DNA of 57,511 nt from Phoronis australis (taxonomy: Eukaryota; Animalia; Phoronida): the NCBI GenBank assembly GCA_002633005.1, contig NMRA01000252.1, forward strand, positions 172,267 to 229,777. The letters are read 5' to 3'. Below, in pieces: positions 50,106 through 57,511 of this stretch (positions are counted from its first letter, which is position 1; every line of letters begins with the position of its first letter). A program made the translations under genes and the position numbers. The notes beneath the pieces are model-generated. The model ran no database searches and was not told the origin of the DNA. It saw only the letters and a program-made list of their open reading frames with translations.

Positions 50106-50916
50106 TCAATCTCATGCACCAGACTATGCGTCCAGGCTTACAGTAAGGTTTTACTTCATGCCTACTGGGAAATTTAGGCGTGTGAACCGTTGTGTACTCT
50201 TATGCACAAAAACGGCAAATGAACAATATGGTTTTGGAGTACGAAAATTCAACAAACAAAACTACTGGAAACTCAAAAACGCCAAGGTAGTGAAATGTTC
50301 TTCCCACGTTCGTTTTGTAGAATTAATCCATCGGAAAATTACCTTTTTAGAAAAGGATACCATAAGTAATCGTATTTCCAATTCAATAAACGAATCGGTT
50401 ATTTTAACATTGATTTATGAGTTCATATATTCGTACTCCCTACTACCAAAAAAAACAGTTTTCAAGCCTCACCTTAAGAAAACTGAGGGAGTAGCGATAT
50501 TTTTTCACACTTAAAAACATGGAGCCATCACAAATTGAATGGTTGACTTCCGCTGATTAAGTTCATTACCAACTTTACTGAGCGGTGTAACCTGCTTTCA
50601 CATGAGTACCATTATTGCATTTCGAAAACCCACTAAAACGTAAGTATTTTAAGCTAATTACTTTCTCATGTTGGAAGATAATCCCGAATGGAGTGAACAA
50701 GGCTGGTTATGTGCATCAGTATCCACCACTGGTCACTTCAGTTATAGAACCTGCGCTCTCTGAAAAACAACATGGCGATTATTCTAAATCTTCCAAGCCT
50801 GGCTGAAATTGGCATAGTTCGCAGGTGAAGTTAGCATGGGCTGCCAACGTTACTCAACGCCATGCCAACGTTATGTACTATGTGGCCAACTAAAACCAAT
50901 TTAACTTCTTTCAGCA

Positions 50917-51410
50917 TGCCTCGAACATAAATAAAGATAAGCGCCTTTTACAAGCTACTGACCGGAAGATCTAACAAATCTAGTATCTGTAGTTGAAGGT
51001 GGAATGAGTCAAGCTGAGGCAGCAAAAACGTTTAAGGTCCCGAAGAGGACCCTGCAAAATCCCCTGAAGGCCGACCACATGGAATGTCACGGGGGCCAGA
51101 AGGTGTTGTCGGACACTGAAGAAAATTCAATCGCAGATAATGTAGCAGTGATGGCTGATTGGGGTTTCCCTATAGACAAGTTGGATTTACGCCTGATGGT
51201 GAAGGCCTTTCTAGATATAATTGGTCAATAAGTGAAACGATTCAAATAAAATTTATTTGGGAAGGAATGGGTTCACAGTTTCGAGAAAAGACATAAGCAA
51301 ACCCTCGCAAGTAGAACATGTCAAAACATAAATCGTGCGAAAGCAAAAGTTAGTCGCGAAACCGTCGAAAGTTAATTGGAAACCTCAAGAAATCCTTGAA
51401 CGGCGAACTG
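50917..51410 (+). mobile_element. pogo/Tigger/Fot1-like transposase N-terminal fragment (psq-type and CENP-B-type HTH), degenerate
   Basis: MSQAEAAKTFKVPKRTL, VLSDTEENSIA..MADWGFP..DLRLMVKAFLD and GKEWVHSFEKRH, with in-frame stops. Confidence 0.8.
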
Positions 51411-52214
51411 TAGATCAAGATGCATGTGGCTTTGGCTTTATCAAGTCAGTATAGTAGACATTGCTTTTAAGGCATTTGTTCAAAATGATAAAACAATAGG
51501 TTTAAGACCCGTCTTCTCATAGTATTTCTCATAGTTTTGTAAGTTTAACAGATGTGGAATCATTTGAGCTTAAATCGGTCGTAGTTATGAATTGTTTTTG
51601 TTGATGCGTAAAGTTTCTATTCATTTTTTTTCCGTTTTTTCCGTGTTTTCGTTCATTGAACCACTACTTGCCGATAACGAATCGGAGGTTGATTATAAGA
51701 CACAATTATGTTCGGCGTCGTAATATTTATTTCTTCAAATAAGAGGAAAATTGACACTCGTAGCAGTTTTGACAATCCATAATTTTAGACTGTTTTGACT
51801 TATTTAAAACAAAATGTAGTTTTCGAAAAACAAAGTTGTTTGCAATGGCAATATTAAATGAAAAAGAGGTTGTCGCTTAATTACCTCCCCTTTATTCATC
51901 CAGCCTCTAATGCGATGTTTCACCATCCTCATGATACCCGTTTCTGTTACCTCGGCTCTGTATTCCACGAACCCGATGTTTCCAAGAACTCACTACCCAT
52001 TCATTCTTTTTTTCTGCGTGACCTGGTAGTGTCCAGCAAGTGAATGAGCCTACATTCACAAAACGGATTCTTTTAATGGGACAACTTGGTGGCACTTTTC
52101 AATACAACAAAATGAAATGACGGGCGAATGGAGGTTAGATATTGACAAAACTTTGTTTACAGGTTTAAAGATTGTCACAAGTTGCAAACATGGAGCAATA
52201 GCTCCAAGCTAAAA

Positions 52215-52530
52215 CACCATTGAGTAATTATCAAAGAAGTCATGTTGTGTAGCAACTCAACTGCAATGAATGTGAACAGTTTTACATCGGAGTGACCAAT
52301 AGGATTTTTAGCATCAGAGTCAAAGTACACTTTAAAAACACACACAGTGCTGTTCTCGACCATTCATTGACAACTGGTCACACTATATATTACTCTAGTG
52401 TTCAGTTCTTAGATAAGGATAATGTTATCCTCAGGCTCCTCATAAAGGAGGCTATGCATAACAGGGTTGAACCATGTTGAGCGCTATCTCAATAGAAGCA
52501 TTGGTTCATTTGAGTTCCAACTGTTTTGAT
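52215..52530 (+). mobile_element. Penelope-like element GIY-YIG endonuclease fragment
   Basis: CNECEQFYIGVTNRIFSIRVKVH..SAVLDHSLTTGH..LLIKEAMH. Confidence 0.75.
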
Positions 52531-53139
52531 TTTTGGTCTCTCCCCTCACAATGCATTTTGACGTGTACCTGTACAGTCTGTTCTCTACCTGTGTCGCCTA
52601 ATTGAAACTGTGAGCTTTTGCTCCATTTCCCATTTACACTCTGACTTAGGTTTCTTAATGTCGGTGAAGATGGAACAAATAATGTCTAAAAACCCTTTGC
52701 ATCCTTCCGTAAATAACTGCTAAATGCATTCAAGGAGAATTGATATGAACACTTTTAAATTTACTTTGAAACACAATTATATTCTACAAAGACGATTTTC
52801 ACTGACACCTCGAACCTTTTATCATGCGGTCTAAACAAAAGAAATCGCTATCAGAGGTATACATATCTCTGATAAATCTTAAGTCTTTTACAAACTAAGA
52901 CTTACAAAAAACACTATCGTCTCCGATCCCCTAGTTACTTTTAATCCACAAAAGTTGATTCAAGAAGTCTTCTTTGTCAGGGTAGACCTGAGTCTTGCGC
53001 CTGATTTTGCGTTTCAGTCGGTTCAGCATCATTTTGTTCTGAGCACCGCCATGTGAATGGCGACCACCAACAGCCACAGTCTTCATTGGACCAGCCTCAT
53101 TACAGACTCGGTGCACTCTTCAGATACAGCTTGACAACT

Positions 53140-53480
53140 AAACTTCATTAACTTCTACAGCCACACAAAGACAGGAAAGACCAGCATTCGAATCCAGGTG
53201 TTTACCGTATTCCCCTGCAAGTGCGGTAAAGTCTACATCGGCGAAACAGGACGCCCCATTACCATCCGCCTCAAAGAACACAGAGCCAATGAAAAAAAAA
53301 AACAGCCATAGTCAAACACGCACAGCGAGAAGATCATCTTATCGACTGGGAAAACACCAAACTCATTCACAGAACACAACACTGGTACAGCAGAAAAATT
53401 CAAGAAGCAATAGAGATCTTCGAACACGACACAGTTCCACAAGACAGTGGTCTACACACCAGCTCTATTTAGAACGCTGT
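53140..53480 (+). mobile_element. Second Penelope-like GIY-YIG fragment (different family)
   Basis: PGVYRIPCKCGKVYIGETGRPITIRLKEH..HLIDWENTKLI..RKIQEAIEI, frameshifted at a poly-A run. Confidence 0.85.
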
Positions 53481-54330
53481 ACTTATTTCATCGTACCTCG
53501 GGATCCAACCGCAGACTGACACCCCTCGCTGGTTCCCTACGTGCTAGCCGGCACGCAGGTATCACGCAGTAGCACGAGTTTTAGCATTGGTTGATTTAAC
53601 TTAGGCAGTCATTATTTAGCTTTACAACAACGTGTAAAAATGGCGGAATATCAACGACTTTTAGCCTTGTCATGCAAGTGGCGTAGCAGCAACTATTTCG
53701 TTTAAGTTCCGCAGTAATATCTAATAGCCGCGTTCTTGAAGCACATATAGGTACAATAACCACATATCTGGATGATTTAACCGGTGTGTTATTTACACTG
53801 TATGAATACAGGACAGTATCGTAAACAAAAGTCATCGACAGCAGAAAGATGCACTCCGAAAAGGCGCAACCACAATTTCTGAGATTCACATTTCCTGAAC
53901 ATAAATTTTAAGCAGCGACTTGTCTTTGCAACACACCACATTTACACTTGCTCCATCAGTCATGCTAATTTGTTTGCGTAAAGCGCTGCCTGTTAAGAAT
54001 TTGACCAGCCAGCCGTAGTAAAAAAATCCAGAGGAAAATTAAGTGATACCTGGGAGCTGGCTACCACTTAGCGACACGCAGGGAACCAGCGAGACTGACA
54101 CCCAACCGATCAGAAGCCAGAAACCTACCAGCCAACAGACACCGCACATTTCTTCAAGACACAATAACAATCATCTAATCACAAGTCAAGACTACCGACC
54201 AATCACAAGACAAGTTATTCAGCCAACCAGCAGCCAAGTTATTCAGACAATCAAGAGCCAGATTATTTCACCAATCATACAAGTCCTAGCTACACATAAG
54301 GCACGGATACTCCAGCTGGATTTATTAAAA

Positions 54331-54812
54331 AGGAGAATGCCACCCAAAAAACAACCTATTTTGTATCAATTTAGATCGCGTAATTCTACTCGATAACCGG
54401 TTGCGTTACCTGACACCTGACGGCAGACGGAGGTGTTGAAATTATCCAATGACGTAATTGGTTTCACACGCAGTCTGTTCAGCAGTTCACAACACGGGTT
54501 AGTGGTGTCAGCTTATCGCTTGAATTCATCGTTTAACACCAATAAATCATCAAACTTCGATGTAAAACCCTTAAAAATACACCGAGTTCTTATAAAAACG
54601 TGTTCTTTTATTTCGCTGTTACAGATTTACTGGTATTTGGACACAACGTAGCCTACAAAGTTCGGCAGGCCAATTTACCAAGGTCCATAGCAGGAGTGTA
54701 GGGTCTTTTCTGAGATAAATTCGAAGAATTCTTTCGTGAAATACAGACAGGAGAACCCAAATCTGTGTTGTTTATAATTGGGATTTTTGGAGTTCTAAAC
54801 ACGCAAAACGCT
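54331..54812 (-). mobile_element. Kolobok-like right end, inverted copy of 39045-39531
   Basis: Starts AGGAGAATGCCACCC; CAGTCTGTTCAGCAGTTCACAACACG is the reverse complement of 39359-39385. Confidence 0.75.
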
Positions 54813-54824
54813 TGTTATCCCAGT

Positions 54825-55030
54825 GGCTCTGAACCCGATGAGGCCCGTCGGGTCCGGACTGACTCGTTAACCCGACCCCTGGCTCGGAACCCGATCAGGC
54901 CCGTCGCGGCAGGACTGACTCGTTATCCCGGCCAGTGGCTCGGAACCCGGCGATCAGGCCCGTTGCAGCCGGACTGACTCGTTATCCTGGCCAGTGGCTT
55001 GAAACCCAGCGATCAGGCCCGTCGCGGCCG
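54825..55030. repeat. GC-rich minisatellite, 56-59-bp unit x ~3.6
   Basis: GGCTCGGAACCCGATCAGGCCCGTCGCGGCAGGACTGACTCGTTATCCCGGCCAGT-like units start at 54825, 54881, 54937 and 54996. Confidence 0.9.
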
Positions 55031-55993
55031 CCGGAACTTGCACGAACATTAACCAGCTTGAGTTGGAAACTAAGCCTCCAGTCACATAAAAAGACTATAA
55101 TAGTTAGCGAGTGAAATAATGTGCACGTAATTAGCCGGCACTAAACTGAAAACCTACTTACTTGTCGGGGGCTGCGAAGTCGGGTTCCCCTACCATAGAC
55201 CCGCGTCAGGGCAAAGGTAACAATGACTTGAATAATGCATTTGTATTTCTAAATAAAGATTCCCCTAACATGTGACAATAGCATATAAAATCAAGTAATG
55301 GCCTCGGTGCCCGGTCAATTACCTTTGTTGCCGGCATCAAAAGCCGATAAAGCAGTGGTATATTAATAGCGGATTTGCAGCGCAAACGAACTACGCATTG
55401 CGCATGTGCGAGTTACTTCCTGCGCAAAGGCTCATGGGATAGCTTGTGGTCAGGCATGTCTTGAGCAGGCTGGATGCAAACGCGACCCAGTCGCAAAATT
55501 ACCTTTTTTTACTCTCGCGACATCTAGCGCCCAGATAGCGTTTTGATGACATGCGCGTTAATAGAATGACCCCGAGTCTTCACAAGTGGAGGAGTATTTT
55601 ATATAGGAAGTAAACACTTGCGGAGGTCGGCTTTGTTTTTGTTTTGAAATTACACTGCAGTTGTATTCTTTGATAATTTGTAAAGGTGTAAACAAAAATA
55701 CTCCAAGTATATGGCCTTTGTGCTTATGATATACCTCGCATTTTGCCTAATATAACTTTTGACATAAGTAATTGGCTTGTAAAATGCACACTTTATCTAT
55801 TCATCAGCCTTACAGTTTACACAGTCGGTCATAAAGCCGATGTTACGTTTATTTGACGCCGCATGGTTGTCAATACTTGCATTTGAAGGCAACATGTTCA
55901 TCTAATCAGATTTTGAATTTGTCAATGCCCAAATAACATGCAGTGCTGCGAACACAAACGAATTTGCAAGTGTGAGGAACTGGCTGTACTAAT

Positions 55994-56309
55994 CAGTGGC
56001 GGATCTAGGATACCATTAAGGGGTGTCCAACATGTTGCCTCGGGACATTGTGCAAGGTGTGATTGGCAATTGCATGTGCGTAAGCAGCCCAAAAGGTGAG
56101 GGAGCCAGCCCGCGGAAGTGCACCTTCCATTCAGGAAAATCTACCATTCGACTATCGATTAAAAAAAAAGAGCAGCCACTCCGCGACAACTTGGACGTTC
56201 ACCGCTACCGGTCCTACTTCCTAGACTCAATATTTCCTCACACTCCACACTGTTGGCCCTTCATTTGCTTGCGGCAGCTGAGGAGGGGAGGGGGCTAAAT
56301 CCGCCTATG
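55994..56309. mobile_element. MITE of the CAG(G/T)GGCGGATC family
   Basis: CAGTGGCGGATCTAG ... CTAAATCCGCCTATG, flanked by the direct repeat CTAAT (55989-55993, 56310-56314). Confidence 0.8.
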
Positions 56310-57511
56310 CTAATTTCCATAAATTCTGAAGGTGTTTCGTCTTTAGTCAAGAGGTAGTTCTTCGTGGTAAATGGAAATGTAATCCTATCAAGGTAAAAAC
56401 TATAAAAAATTTTATAAGCGTAAAGCGAGGTCGCATTTCATTTCTTACAGCTAAATGGTGTGCAATGAAGCCTAAAGTCAAAAATAGAATGTACATGTAG
56501 GCTAATTTCAACATTCTGAACACCATAAAACTTAGTGTAAGCAGAAATATTGTATTTACCATCAGAGAAAACAACGTAGGATTTGCAGGTGATTCATTTT
56601 ATTTTACATTGTTTCATGACACCTAAGAACCATCTTTAAGGATCTGTATTTCTAGATATACAATATTAGTTAGCATTGATGAGACTTATTCAAAGCAGAC
56701 ACCTGCAGAACAAATGAAGTCTCAAACAACTGAAGAAGAATAAAAATAATTATTGAATAATGTGAAATAAAAATCTCATACACACTGAATAGTGGACCAT
56801 AGTCGGATATGGCATAACCTAACTTTTGAGAACCAGTTTGATGCCTATTATTGAGTGGAGAAACTAGTTCACAAAATGCGCTACATCTGACTTAACCCTG
56901 TGTCTTATCCACGTGCAACTCACAATTTTCAACCTGTTGCAACATTTTGAGTACAAATACAAATTTCGAAATACATATTTTACAAATATTAGACTTTATT
57001 ATTTAGAAAGACAATTATGCCCACTATAGTGTACATTTTCAGAAAAAAAATAGTTTTGCAATACAAATAATTACGTGCACACAACTAAGAGAATGGCAAG
57101 TCAATGAGTAACATGGTATTAAATAGGTGTAGCTTATAAATGAATGCCCCTCTGACTGACATCTCAAATAAAGTTAAACTTGTTTTTATTGAACAACATA
57201 CTTTTCCTTGTTCTGTGGATGATGCTAAAGAGGGCTTCAAGTTATGCATTCAGCAGTGATTGCTCAAAACAACCAACCACCTTCCAAATGAACAACCCAT
57301 CCCCTCAAAACAGATGTATTTTTATCCTAAAATATAATTACAAATAATTTACACCAAAACAACAGCAACACTGAGTACTGAGAATGGATGTTGATTGTTA
57401 TCAAATACTGATGCAAAATATGTTAAAAAACAACATCAGTTGTGTTGTTGTCAACACTTTCCAACATTTGAGCACTTTGGAAATAAACTGGCATCTAAAC
57501 TGATGCAAAAA

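Noticed and set aside
49894-50514. 206-aa ORF overlapping the end of G4
   Set aside because: No ATG at its start and no recognisable motif; it is an alternative frame of module A running into the presumed 3'UTR.

Overview
AT-rich, repeat-dense animal genomic DNA, probably from an invertebrate. It has spliceosomal introns, a 195-N assembly gap at 35479-35673, and no bacterial, CRISPR or rRNA features. The main content is a same-strand (+) tandem cluster of five apparently paralogous genes that I do not recognise: G0 (3' part only, 3-438), G1 (~2498-7877, 3 exons), G2 (~13047-25363, 2 exons around a 9.9-kb TE-filled intron), G3 (46280-48445) and G4 (48717-50105). The predicted proteins are long, low-complexity and Lys/Arg/Ser-rich. 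They share small Cys-rich modules in different combinations: a 35-aa ungapped module A (C..R...A.....PA.....L..C..C.KP...G) in G0, G1, G3 and G4; a ~110-125-aa module B (CxxC-x12-CxxC + HxPDIxYG + GDLG..GxDG..CL..DxHL) in G1 and G2; and a short motif C (PL..R.CGA..C....PVV) in G3 and G4. G1-G4 also carry a short predicted coiled coil. The remainder is nested transposon debris: a Gypsy fragment inside a 50-bp minisatellite, LINE/CR1 and Penelope-like fragments, THAP/Kolobok-like ends, an Academ-like element with long repetitive arms, a 3.35-kb CAC-terminated element with a 5-bp TSD, a pogo-like fragment, MITEs, a tRNA-derived SINE head and minisatellites. Gene models come from reading splice sites and phases by eye; functions are hypotheses.
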